Assembly: GCA_964588985.1 (NCBI GenBank)
Contig: CAZPQW010000002.1
Span: 175,508-239,507, forward strand
Direction of reading: 5' to 3'
Source of the DNA: an uncultured Solirubrobacteraceae bacterium
GTDB lineage: Bacteria; Actinomycetota; Thermoleophilia; Solirubrobacterales; Solirubrobacteraceae
Length of the DNA: 64,000 nucleotides
Shown: in pieces, positions 18,747-27,689 of the stretch
Layout: each line of letters begins with the position of its first letter
Numbering within the stretch: the stretch's first letter is position 1
Position numbers and translations under genes: made by a program
Notes under the pieces: generated by a model
The model's input: only the letters and a program-made list of their open reading frames with translations
The model's database searches: none
What the model was told of the DNA's origin: nothing

Positions 18747-19973
18747 ATGACGACGCGATTGAGCATTGTGTGCATCTCGGCTGCGTTGGTCTTCGCGGGG
18801 CCGGGTTCGGGGCTTGCAAACGCTGCTTCGGGACCGCGTGTCAGCGTTTCGCCGACGACTGTCGGCGCCGGCGATGTCCTGACGGTAAGGCTGAGCGCCA
18901 GTCGTGGGCAGCGTTGCGTCCTGTCATTGAGGGCTGACCGGTATGGAGCTCGGGCCCGCTACGAGCGCAAGATCACGTCGGGCCGAACCAGGGTCTACAT
19001 CAGTGCCAGAGCTGCTGCCGGTCCGCGTGTATTGAAGGTCAGATGTGGGGCTCGCTCTGCAACGGTGCGATTTCGCGTTGCCGTGGCTGGGGTGCGTAAC
19101 ACGGGGATTCCCGGCGCCCCAACTCCAGATGAACAAGGCTTTGTTGCCGGCACGTCCGGATCACAGGAAGAGGCTCCGACCGTGGGACAGCTCGGCGGCG
19201 GTGACTACCCGAACTCGCGGATAGCTGAAATTGGGCTCGGCAAGGTTGGGCAGAACCTCTTTACGCCCGGCCCGCTTGATCATGGGCAGTGCAAGCAGGC
19301 TGTCAACGACTGGGTAGCCCAAGCGTCTGGAGGTACGCAGCGCATGGGTACCGACTATTACACGAACTATGCGCGCAACGGTGGCCAGCAGATCTCCCGA
19401 GACGATGCGGTCGAGGGGGACATCATCCAGCTGGACAATCCCAGCGATATCGCCAACTACTATCGAGGCATGCATACTGCGGTCGTCGTCTCGCATAGCG
19501 CAGGTTCGAACACCTTTGATGTCGTTGATTCGAACTTCATGCTGGACGATGTTGTGAGGCACCATCCTTGGGATCCCTACGCGGCAGGGCAGAAGTACGG
19601 GCTACGTGTGACCATTTGGCGTATGGGGACCGTTACTGAAACGCCCGTACCCCAGCCTCAGCCCCAGCCGATTCCTCAGCCTCCCGCTCCGAGCTACCTC
19701 GAGACGACAGGTGGTGTGACGCATACATGGACGAACTACGTGAATGCGGGTGGCAGCGAAGGCCCGGCGATCCCTTCGAATGCGACGGTGCAGATTGCAT
19801 GCAAGATTCCAGGGTTCCGGGTCAGCGATGGCAACACATGGTGGTACCGAATCGCGTCGAGCCCCTGGAACGGTGCTTTCTACGCATCGGCGGATGCCTT
19901 CTATAACAACGGGCAGACCTCGGGGAGCCTTCACGGCACTCCATTTGTCGACCCCAACGTGGCGGACTGCTAG
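18747..19973 (+). CDS. Secreted CHAP-like amidase with a C-terminal SH3b-like domain
   Basis: Signal peptide; GQCKQAV...GDIIQ...HTAVV...VVDSNF; PQ linker; VQIACKIPG...NTWWYRI. Confidence 0.7.
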   Translation: MTTRLSIVCISAALVFAGPGSGLANAASGPRVSVSPTTVGAGDVLTVRLSASRGQRCVLSLRADRYGARARYERKITSGRTRVYISARAAAGPRVLKVRCGARSATVRFRVAVAGVRNTGIPGAPTPDEQGFVAGTSGSQEEAPTVGQLGGGDYPNSRIAEIGLGKVGQNLFTPGPLDHGQCKQAVNDWVAQASGGTQRMGTDYYTNYARNGGQQISRDDAVEGDIIQLDNPSDIANYYRGMHTAVVVSHSAGSNTFDVVDSNFMLDDVVRHHPWDPYAAGQKYGLRVTIWRMGTVTETPVPQPQPQPIPQPPAPSYLETTGGVTHTWTNYVNAGGSEGPAIPSNATVQIACKIPGFRVSDGNTWWYRIASSPWNGAFYASADAFYNNGQTSGSLHGTPFVDPNVADC

Positions 19974-20103
19974 CTAATCCTTCAGCTCTGAGGCGCTGCT
20001 TGCCCTGAGCTTGACGCTCGAGCCCGAGGTCCCGCGGCCGCGGGCTGGTTCGCACGCCGCGGAGAGACACTTCTCCCGCGCGCAAATTCAGTAGGCTTGA
20101 ACT

Positions 20104-22194
20104 GTGCGGGGAATGCGGCTATTGGTTGCGATCACGATGATGTCGCTGGCGCTCGCGGATGCAGGTGCGGCGGGTGCCAGTACGGCCGCGTCATCCGCGG
20201 CTGCACGTTCGGGCTCGGTGACGGTTCGTGTGCTGGGGCTGCCGAGGGGTGAGCGCCCGGCGGGAGTGCTGAGTGGTCCGCGTGGACTGCGCCGGGCAAT
20301 CGTCGGGCGCGAAGTCACGATCGGAAGGCTGCCGGCCGGTGCCTACCGTCTGACATTGAACCGCGTGACGCTCCTGCATGCCAGCGGGGCGATCAAGCGG
20401 GGCGCGACGGCGACGGCCTTGAAGCGGAGCATCACAGTACGAGTACTGGCCAGACACCGCTCATTGCTGGTGGGCAGGTACACGACGATCGTCAACCCAG
20501 GCCTGAAGGTCCTCAGCGGTGGAGTCATATCGGTTGTGGGCGCTCCGGAGAACCCCTCTCGCATCGTCCTGAAGGGCCACGTGGCACTGGCACGCGGTGC
20601 GGTGCTCTCGCTGCCGCCGAGTCTGAGCCTGCCACGTGGCCTGCTCTCGGATGTCGTATCGGTCGCCTATGGGCCTGGCACGACTTCGGTCTCGCTCACC
20701 GCGGCGAGCATCTATCAGGTGGCCCCCAACTTCGAATTCAATGTCCCGCTTCAGGAGACGCAGGCGGTAGCCGCCGATGCTGGCTGTGGGTCTGCGAGCG
20801 GCATATCTCCCTACAGGCGAATCAAGAACGTCTCGTTCTCGGGTGGATGGTCGACCGTGGATGTCTTTGGCGTCCACATCAAAGACGGCGTGCGGGCATC
20901 GGTGCATTTCGACGTCGAAGCCGGCGTTGACGTCACAGCCGCAGTTGGAATCTCCTGCTCCGTCGGCGCGTCCTTCTATGCGGACGGTATGGCGGGCCCG
21001 ATTCCCGTCACGGCGGGCATCGAAGGCGACCTCAGCGGATCGGTGGCCGTGGGCGGTGCCCTCCACACGGGAGGCTCCATCGAAGTCAACGCCGGCGGTC
21101 ACACGATCGGTGTCCCGCCGGCTCTCCTGTTGATCCCCGAAGTCTCCTTCGGGAACCCGCACTTCAGCCTGACCGCGCAGACCATCGCCCAGGCAAGCGC
21201 AGGGATTGGACTCACCGTCAAGGCGGGGATAGGCGTCGGCGGCGTCGGAAGTGTCACGCTGAACGTCGGCGCAGACCTGAAGTTCAGCGCTCAGCCAGGC
21301 TCGTGCAAGTGGGATGCGGAGTTCGGAGCCTTCTCCGTTGAGGGCGAGCTGCTCGACTGGCACCTCAGCACTCCATCGACGCCGGCCCTCTTCACCGATC
21401 AGCTAGGGGGCAACTTCTGTGCTGCCCATCCTCCGCCTCCTCCGCCACCTCCGCCGCCACCGCCGCCTCCCCCGAGCGCCACGCGCCACATCGGCAGCTT
21501 TGCCGTGACCCCGGATCTCGCGTGTACGCTCGTGAGCCAGGAGGACGAACACGACGAGCTCTACACCGACTACAGCGGCAACGACGCCTGCGGCACGTTC
21601 ATCGCCTATCAGGGAGAACTCTACGGCCCCGCCAACATTCCGGCCGGCGAGAACCTCGGGAGCTACACCCCGTGGATGCCGTCCGGGCAGACTCTCACCG
21701 GGGCCGGTACTGCCGCCGAACCGTACGTTCTGACCACGGCCGTGGTGGCCCCAGGGACGGAACTGCAGCTCACCGAGACCGACAGCTGGGTCACCGGCGA
21801 TACGAAGATCAACTCGTCCTACGCGGTGAGCAGCGCAAACGGCGACAGCAGCGAGGTGACGCTCTATCACGCTCAGGATTGCTACGCCGGCGAATCAGAC
21901 ATCGGCACCGGCAGCTTCGACTCGGCCTCCCAGTCGGCGGGGTGCGTCCATGAAGAAGGCGATGGCTCGCAATTCCAGGAGCGACTCACGCCGCAGACTC
22001 CCGGTGCACAGAGCGTCGAGGACTTCTATTCGACCATCTGGACCGATGTGGCGACCCAGGCCCTTCTCCCTGGCGCCTGCACCTGCTCGGAACTGCAGGA
22101 CAACGGTGCAGCTGTGTCGTGGGAATTCCCACTGGAGGGAAGCGCTTCGGTCGCTCAGAGTTTGCAGCTCTCGTTCGTCGAAGGCGGCGTGTGA
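20104..22194 (+). CDS. Large secreted/surface protein with a polyproline linker
   Basis: Signal peptide, basic N-terminal beta module, Gly/Val-rich region, long poly-Pro run (~21430..21475), acidic Cys-containing C-terminal domain. Confidence 0.75.
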   Translation: MRGMRLLVAITMMSLALADAGAAGASTAASSAAARSGSVTVRVLGLPRGERPAGVLSGPRGLRRAIVGREVTIGRLPAGAYRLTLNRVTLLHASGAIKRGATATALKRSITVRVLARHRSLLVGRYTTIVNPGLKVLSGGVISVVGAPENPSRIVLKGHVALARGAVLSLPPSLSLPRGLLSDVVSVAYGPGTTSVSLTAASIYQVAPNFEFNVPLQETQAVAADAGCGSASGISPYRRIKNVSFSGGWSTVDVFGVHIKDGVRASVHFDVEAGVDVTAAVGISCSVGASFYADGMAGPIPVTAGIEGDLSGSVAVGGALHTGGSIEVNAGGHTIGVPPALLLIPEVSFGNPHFSLTAQTIAQASAGIGLTVKAGIGVGGVGSVTLNVGADLKFSAQPGSCKWDAEFGAFSVEGELLDWHLSTPSTPALFTDQLGGNFCAAHPPPPPPPPPPPPPPPSATRHIGSFAVTPDLACTLVSQEDEHDELYTDYSGNDACGTFIAYQGELYGPANIPAGENLGSYTPWMPSGQTLTGAGTAAEPYVLTTAVVAPGTELQLTETDSWVTGDTKINSSYAVSSANGDSSEVTLYHAQDCYAGESDIGTGSFDSASQSAGCVHEEGDGSQFQERLTPQTPGAQSVEDFYSTIWTDVATQALLPGACTCSELQDNGAAVSWEFPLEGSASVAQSLQLSFVEGGV

Positions 22195-22247
22195 GATCGT
22201 CGTCACGCGGCTTCCGGAGCCCTGATACGCCTTTCTGAGTCTCGTGG

Positions 22248-22520
22248 CTACCGCCGAGACCGCTTCTCGCGCAGATCATCGACGCGGGTCATGAGTTCGC
22301 CAGGCGTGACGTTCAGGCCCTTACACAGCTTCAGCAAATTGCTGTAGGTGGGGTTGCCCAGACCCAGGGCATACGAGTTGACCAATTTGGTGCTCAGCCC
22401 GCCGTCAGCCGCCACAGATTCCTGTGTCATCTCGGCGTCTTCGGCGATGAAGAGCTCGATCGCCTGGGCGAGATCTGCGTGGTCTGAGCTGCGCGGTTTG
22501 GACTTCCTCTTACGTGGCAT
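22248..22520 (-). CDS. XRE-family HTH regulator
   Basis: MTQESVAADGGLSTKLV...GLGNPTYSNLLKLCKGL. Confidence 0.8.
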   Translation of the reverse strand: MPRKRKSKPRSSDHADLAQAIELFIAEDAEMTQESVAADGGLSTKLVNSYALGLGNPTYSNLLKLCKGLNVTPGELMTRVDDLREKRSRR

Positions 22521-22541
22521 GGGCGCCAGCGTGACGCATCG

Positions 22542-22883
22542 GTGCGAGTCGCGATAACCCATATATGGGGTATCGTGATCTCAGACAAGTGTCTTCACGC
22601 AATTTGGGAGGCTTTCGTTTCTGGAAACTCACAGGATGAGCATGACTTGCACGTGCTGGGCCTCGCGATCGGCCAGGTGCGCGAGCGGCACGGCGTGAGC
22701 GTCGAGGAGCTTTCAGCCGCCACGGGTGTCGCACCGGCGCGTATCCGGGCCCTCGAATCCGGGCAGGTCGACCCAGGCTACGACCTGCTGCTCACGCTCG
22801 CGGACGGGATCGGCGTTCGACTGTCCGCCTTCATGGTCCGCGTCGAAGAGATCGAGGCCGAAGGGCAGGCGTCGGGCAAGTAG
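22542..22883 (+). CDS. XRE-family HTH regulator (start uncertain)
   Basis: LGLAIGQVRERHGVSVEELS...LESGQVDPGYDLL; GGGAGG at ~22605 is followed by GTT rather than a start codon. Confidence 0.75.
   Translation: MRVAITHIWGIVISDKCLHAIWEAFVSGNSQDEHDLHVLGLAIGQVRERHGVSVEELSAATGVAPARIRALESGQVDPGYDLLLTLADGIGVRLSAFMVRVEEIEAEGQASGK
22549..22578. promoter_or_regulatory. 30-bp palindromic operator between divergent XRE genes
   Basis: TCGCGATAACCCATA-TATGGGGTATCGTGA, two arm mismatches. Confidence 0.7.
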
Positions 22884-22910
22884 GGAGGAGAGAGTCGCCG
22901 TTGCGGAGGC

Positions 22911-24779
22911 TCAAGCGACCCGCACGCTCGCAGGCGCGGCGGTGACGCTGTCCAGCCGCCAGTTGTTGAGGAAGTCCTCCGCCGCGTGCGCTTCCAGCGG
23001 CCGCGCATACAAATACCCCTGCCCGCTGTCGCACTGCTCAGCCTGCAGCAGCGACAGCTCGTGCTCGCGCTCGATGCCCTCGGCGAGCGTCTCGATCGAG
23101 AGCGCCTTGCCGAGCTGCACGAGCGTGCGGATAAGCGTTTCGCCTTCGGGGTTGTCCGCGAGCTGGGAGATGAACGAGCGGTCGATCTTCAGCGCATCCA
23201 CGGGGAATCGCTGGATGTGCGCCAGCGAGGAGTAGCCGGTGCCGAAGTCGTCGATCGCGATCCGCACCCCAAGATCCTTGACGGCTCGCAGGCGCGTGGC
23301 GGTCTCCTCGGTGTTGCGCATCAACGTCGTCTCGGTGATCTCGAGCGTCAGCGCGTGCGACGCGAGCCCGCTGTTGGTGAGCGCTTCCTCGACGTCGGTG
23401 ACGAACTGGTCGTGGTCGAGCTGGCGCCCGGACACGTTCACCGCCACGCCGATCGGGTGCCCTGCGGCCCGCCACGCGGCGCCCTGGCGCGCGGCCTCCT
23501 CGAGCACCCACTTGCCCACCGACACGATCAGGCCCGTCTCCTCGAGCAGCGGGATGAAGTCGTTCGGCTGGACGGTCCCGCGGTCGGGACGTCTCCAGCG
23601 CAGCAGCGCCTCCACGCCCGTGGGGTGCATCCCACGCAGCGAGAACGTCGGCTGGTAGACGAGGAAGAACTCCTCGCGCTCGAGCGCCCCGCGGAGGGCC
23701 ATCTCCAGTTCCATGCGCGTCTGGATCAGGTCCTGCATGCCGGACTCGAACATCACGTAGCGGTCGCGCCCACCCCACTTGGCCTGGTGCATCGCGATGT
23801 CCGCGTCGCGCAGGAGATCCTCCGCGCATGCGCGTTCGCCGCTCGCGATGCCGATGCTCGCTGTGACGGTCAGCTCGCTCGCCCCGATGTTGAACGGCGC
23901 CTTCAGAGCTTCCTGGATGCGCTCGGCGATCAGCTCGGGGCCGGCCGCGAGCGAGATCTCCTCGGCGAGCAGCACGAACTCGTCACGGCCGAGGCGCCCG
24001 AGCGCGTCGGAGTCGCGAACCACGCCATCCAGTCGCGCCGCGATCGCCTGCACCAGCTCGTCGCCGATCGCGTGCCCGAGCGTGTCCGTGATGCTCGTGA
24101 AGTTGTCGAGGTTGATGAACAGCGCGGCCACCGGGGTCTGACGACGACGGGCGCGAGCGAACATCTGCTCCGCGCGGTCGACGATCAGCGTGCGGTTCGG
24201 CAGGCCGGTCAGCTGGTCGTGCGTCGCCATGAACGCCAGCTCCTCCTGCCTGTGCTCGAGCTCCTCGTCGGTGCGCTTGCGCTCGCGCTCGAACACCGCG
24301 CACATGCTCACCAGCGTCGCGTCGAGGGTCATCTGCGTCATCGCGATCGCCCTCGTGAGCGACTCCAGCGAGATGTCCATGCTCGCGGCGCTGTCGCGCA
24401 GCACGCCGTTGACCGAGTCGCGCCAGCGCAGGCACCGCTTCGTCAGCTCGTCCAGCGGGGCGGCGCGGTGGGCGGCGAGGTTGCCGAAGGTCCCCCACAC
24501 CTCGTTCGCGGTGTCCTTGCCCGCGTCGGGCTTGCCGCCGGCCATCCAAAGCGCCACCGCGCTCGTCGCGGCGTTGCCGACCGATTCGAGGCTCGCGCGG
24601 GTTACGTCATCGACGTCCGCGCCGGCGGCCTGGGTGCGCCTCACCACATCGTCGACCACGTCGCCGGAGCGTGCCTTCAGCGCCTCGCCGAGGCGCTGCA
24701 GCTCGAGGTCGGCCTGCGCTTTGCGCGCGGCCCGCTCTCGCTCGGCCCGCTCCCCTGTGCGGCCCGGTGTAGAGGGCAT
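22911..24779 (-). CDS. GGDEF-EAL protein (degenerate GRDEF), probable phosphodiesterase
   Basis: HDQLTGLPNR, INLDNF, GRLGRDEF, GVEALLRW, DDFGTGYSSL. Confidence 0.93.
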   Translation of the reverse strand: MPSTPGRTGERAERERAARKAQADLELQRLGEALKARSGDVVDDVVRRTQAAGADVDDVTRASLESVGNAATSAVALWMAGGKPDAGKDTANEVWGTFGNLAAHRAAPLDELTKRCLRWRDSVNGVLRDSAASMDISLESLTRAIAMTQMTLDATLVSMCAVFERERKRTDEELEHRQEELAFMATHDQLTGLPNRTLIVDRAEQMFARARRRQTPVAALFINLDNFTSITDTLGHAIGDELVQAIAARLDGVVRDSDALGRLGRDEFVLLAEEISLAAGPELIAERIQEALKAPFNIGASELTVTASIGIASGERACAEDLLRDADIAMHQAKWGGRDRYVMFESGMQDLIQTRMELEMALRGALEREEFFLVYQPTFSLRGMHPTGVEALLRWRRPDRGTVQPNDFIPLLEETGLIVSVGKWVLEEAARQGAAWRAAGHPIGVAVNVSGRQLDHDQFVTDVEEALTNSGLASHALTLEITETTLMRNTEETATRLRAVKDLGVRIAIDDFGTGYSSLAHIQRFPVDALKIDRSFISQLADNPEGETLIRTLVQLGKALSIETLAEGIEREHELSLLQAEQCDSGQGYLYARPLEAHAAEDFLNNWRLDSVTAAPASVRVA

Positions 24780-24930
24780 CCGTGATCATCCCTTCCGGGC
24801 TGCGAGCTGATCCATCATCTCAAGCAACAGAGTCGACCGTCCGTGTCTCTGTCTTTAGGACGGGGCATTCGTCCTAGACGGCTGAAACCTCGCTTGCAGC
24901 CGCTGGAAACCGTGTTTACACAGTCAGCAG

Positions 24931-26091
24931 TCAGCTATTTGGGATGCGCGTGGCAGCCGACGTCGGGCTCGCTGGAAGGTAGCGCCCGCCGTCTCCGCGG
25001 CTCAGCAGCCCCATCAGCTCGAGCTCGCTCAAACCCGCGAGCGCGTCGTCGAGCCTCAGGCCCTCGCGCGCGAGGCTGTCGGGGGTGTCGCTGCCTGTGC
25101 CCACCCGCTCGAGCAGACCCTGCAGCCTCGCGTCGAGCGGTGCGCCCGCCGCCGGTCCGGACTCCGGTTTGGCCGTTCGCGCCCGCGACGGGTCGGCCTC
25201 ATACAGCAGCTCGAGCACGTCCTGCGCATCGCGCACGATGCTCGCGCCGCGCGCGAGCATCGCGTTGGTGCCCCGCGACAGCGGCGAGGTGACACGGCCG
25301 GGGACCGCCGCTATGGTTCGCTCGAGGGCTTCCGCGAGCCCCGCCGCGGCGAGATCGCCCGCCGTCTGCTCCGCCTCGACCACGATCGCCACCGCCGCCA
25401 GCGCGACGACCGTGCGCTCGCTCGCGAGCTGCCCCCAACGCCTCCCGGCACGGTCGCACGGCAGCTCCGACACGGCGCAGCCGGCGCGGGCGAGCCGACC
25501 CAGCAGCGCGCGGCGCCTCACCGGCGTGGTCGCCTCGATGCCGTCGCTCAACACCGCCACCGTCGCGCCGCCCGCTTCCAGCGCGCCTTCGTGTGAAGCG
25601 ATCGCGATGCCGTCCTGCCAGCCAGCGATCACGCTCACGCCGCTCGCGCTCAAACCACGCGCGAGCCCGCGCGCGGTCTCTCGACCGTAGTCGCTCGGCC
25701 TGCGGCTGCCGAGGATCGCCACCGCCGGCGCCGAGCACAGCTCCACCAAGCGCTCCGCGCCGCCGAGCACGTTCAGCATCCGCGGCGCTCCGGTGGCGTC
25801 GAGCAGCGCTCGCGGGTAGCGGGGGTCGTGGCGACAGAGGGCCTGCGCCCCTGCACACCGGTGCAGCGAGTGGGCACCGAACGAGGCGTATTCGCCGCGC
25901 AGCTCGGCGCGGCGTCGGCCCCCGATCGCGTCGATCAGCTCGGCGTCCTCGACTGCGAGCAGCGCCTGCAGCCGCTCGCGATCGCGCGCGCAGTACTCCA
26001 GCGGGCCGCTCAGACTGGCGAGCAGCCAGCTGCGGCGCAGGCACGGTACGCACGCGCCGTTGACGTCCGCGGCTCGCGTGGAGGGCATCAC
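24931..26091 (-). CDS. dprA: DNA-processing protein DprA (divergent)
   Basis: YPRAL, VAILGSRRPSDYG, VVEAE, AVPGRVTSPLSRGTN, C-terminal wHTH LSELELMG. Confidence 0.85.
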   Translation of the reverse strand: MMPSTRAADVNGACVPCLRRSWLLASLSGPLEYCARDRERLQALLAVEDAELIDAIGGRRRAELRGEYASFGAHSLHRCAGAQALCRHDPRYPRALLDATGAPRMLNVLGGAERLVELCSAPAVAILGSRRPSDYGRETARGLARGLSASGVSVIAGWQDGIAIASHEGALEAGGATVAVLSDGIEATTPVRRRALLGRLARAGCAVSELPCDRAGRRWGQLASERTVVALAAVAIVVEAEQTAGDLAAAGLAEALERTIAAVPGRVTSPLSRGTNAMLARGASIVRDAQDVLELLYEADPSRARTAKPESGPAAGAPLDARLQGLLERVGTGSDTPDSLAREGLRLDDALAGLSELELMGLLSRGDGGRYLPASPTSAATRIPNS

Positions 26092-27623
26092 GCGAGCCGG
26101 CCGTGTCCGGGCGCCGTGCTCGTACGCAGCGCGAGGGCGGCTCCGACGTCGCGCGCTCGCACCCGCTGTGCGCCGCGCAGGTCGGCGATCGTGCGCGCGA
26201 CGCGCAAAGCGCGATGCTCTCCTCGCACGCTAAGCAGCCCGCGCTCGCACGCCGCGCGCATCATCTCCTCGCCTTTCTCATCCAGGCGCGCGTGCTCGCG
26301 CAGGAGGCGCGCATCCATGTGCGCGTTAACCGACACGCCTTGCGCGCTCAGCCTGTGCGCTTGGCGCTCGCGCGCGTCGAGCACCCGATCACGCGCCTGC
26401 GCGGAGCTGATCGGCGCGGTCGCGGAGGTGCTGTGGGCGCCGGCTCGTGTGAGGTTGACGAGCAGGTCGACGCGGTCCAGCAGCGGGCCGCTCAGGCGGC
26501 GCGCGTGACGCGCCCGCTGCGCTTCGCTGCACCCGCACCGCTCCAGCTCGCCCGCGTAGCCGCACGGGCAGGGGTTCGTCGCGGCGAGCAGCATGAATCG
26601 CGCGGGGTAGACCGCGGAGTGGCTCGCTCGCGCGATCGCCACACAGCCGTCCTCCAGCGGCTGGCGCAATGCCTCCAGCGCCGAGCGCGAGAACTCCGAC
26701 AGCTCGTCCAGGAACAGCACGCCGTTGTGGGCCAGCACGACCTCGCCCACACAGCCGCGGCGCGCGCCGCCGACGAGACCCGCGGCGGTGGTGGTGTGAT
26801 GCGGCGCGCGAAACGGACGGGCGCGGGCGAGCTGCTCGACCCGCGTGCCCAGCATCAGGCTGTGGATGCGCGTCACCTCGATCGCCTCGTCGGTGCTCAG
26901 CGGCGGCAGGATCGAGCAGACCCGCTGCGCGAGCATCGTCTTGCCGGTCCCGGGCGCTCCGCTCAGGAGCGCGTTGTGGGCCCCGGCCGCCGCGATCACG
27001 AGCGCCTCCACCGCGTGAGCCTGACCGCGCACGTCTCGCAGGTCGATCGTCGTCGCGCTCGCGTCGTATACCGCCGGGAGGTCGGGGTTCGCTCGCGGCA
27101 GCGGGTCGCCCGCTCCGCCCTCGAGCACGCGCACGGCGCTGCGCAGCTTCTCCACGGCCGCCACCTCGAGCCCGTCGATCAGCTTTGCCTCGTGCGCCCG
27201 TGAGGGGGAGAGAGCCAGACCGGCGAGGCCGGCGGCGCGCGTGGCCTGCGCGACCGCGAGCGTTCCGTGCGCCGCTCGCACGCCGCCGTCGAGCGCGAGC
27301 TCGCCGAACAGGGCGACGCTCGCGAGCCGCTCGCCGTGGACCTGGCCGCTGGCGGCGAGCACCGCGCACGCGATCGCAAGGTCAAGGCCGGGGCCGGCCT
27401 TGGGAACGTCGCCCGGCGCGAGGTTCGCGGTTATCCGCCGCGCCGGGAACTCATAGCCCGAGTTGCGGATCGCCGCGTTGATGCGCTCGCGCGCCTCGCG
27501 CACCGCGGTGTCCGCGAGCCCCACGATCGTGAACGCCGGCAGGCCGGGGCGGACATCCACCTCGACCGTCACGTGACGAGTGTGGAGTCCCTCGATGGTG
27601 AAGGCGTGAGCCCGCGCGAGCAT
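26088..27623 (-). CDS. comM: YifB/ComM Mg-chelatase-like AAA ATPase
   Basis: GLPAFTIVGL, ITANLAP, GAPGTGKT, PFRAPHH, LFLDELSEF, NPCPCG. Confidence 0.93.
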   Translation of the reverse strand: MLARAHAFTIEGLHTRHVTVEVDVRPGLPAFTIVGLADTAVREARERINAAIRNSGYEFPARRITANLAPGDVPKAGPGLDLAIACAVLAASGQVHGERLASVALFGELALDGGVRAAHGTLAVAQATRAAGLAGLALSPSRAHEAKLIDGLEVAAVEKLRSAVRVLEGGAGDPLPRANPDLPAVYDASATTIDLRDVRGQAHAVEALVIAAAGAHNALLSGAPGTGKTMLAQRVCSILPPLSTDEAIEVTRIHSLMLGTRVEQLARARPFRAPHHTTTAAGLVGGARRGCVGEVVLAHNGVLFLDELSEFSRSALEALRQPLEDGCVAIARASHSAVYPARFMLLAATNPCPCGYAGELERCGCSEAQRARHARRLSGPLLDRVDLLVNLTRAGAHSTSATAPISSAQARDRVLDARERQAHRLSAQGVSVNAHMDARLLREHARLDEKGEEMMRAACERGLLSVRGEHRALRVARTIADLRGAQRVRARDVGAALALRTSTAPGHGRLA

Positions 27624-27689
27624 CCCCGCAAGCTAGATCGCGCTTGAGATGAGACGCTCGGGCGGCGGTATCTCCCGCGCGCGTGTTCG

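Noticed and set aside
21430-21475. CCG/CCT-rich simple repeat
   Set aside because: Encodes an ordinary polyproline linker; synonymous variation argues against a contingency locus
13203-22900. Prophage or ICE
   Set aside because: No integrase, structural, replication or conjugation genes recognised
24875-24922. TAGACGGCT, TTGCAGCCGCTG and GTTTACACAG resembling tRNA-Cys segments
   Set aside because: Short, interrupted, in mixed orientation and 17 kb from the tRNA
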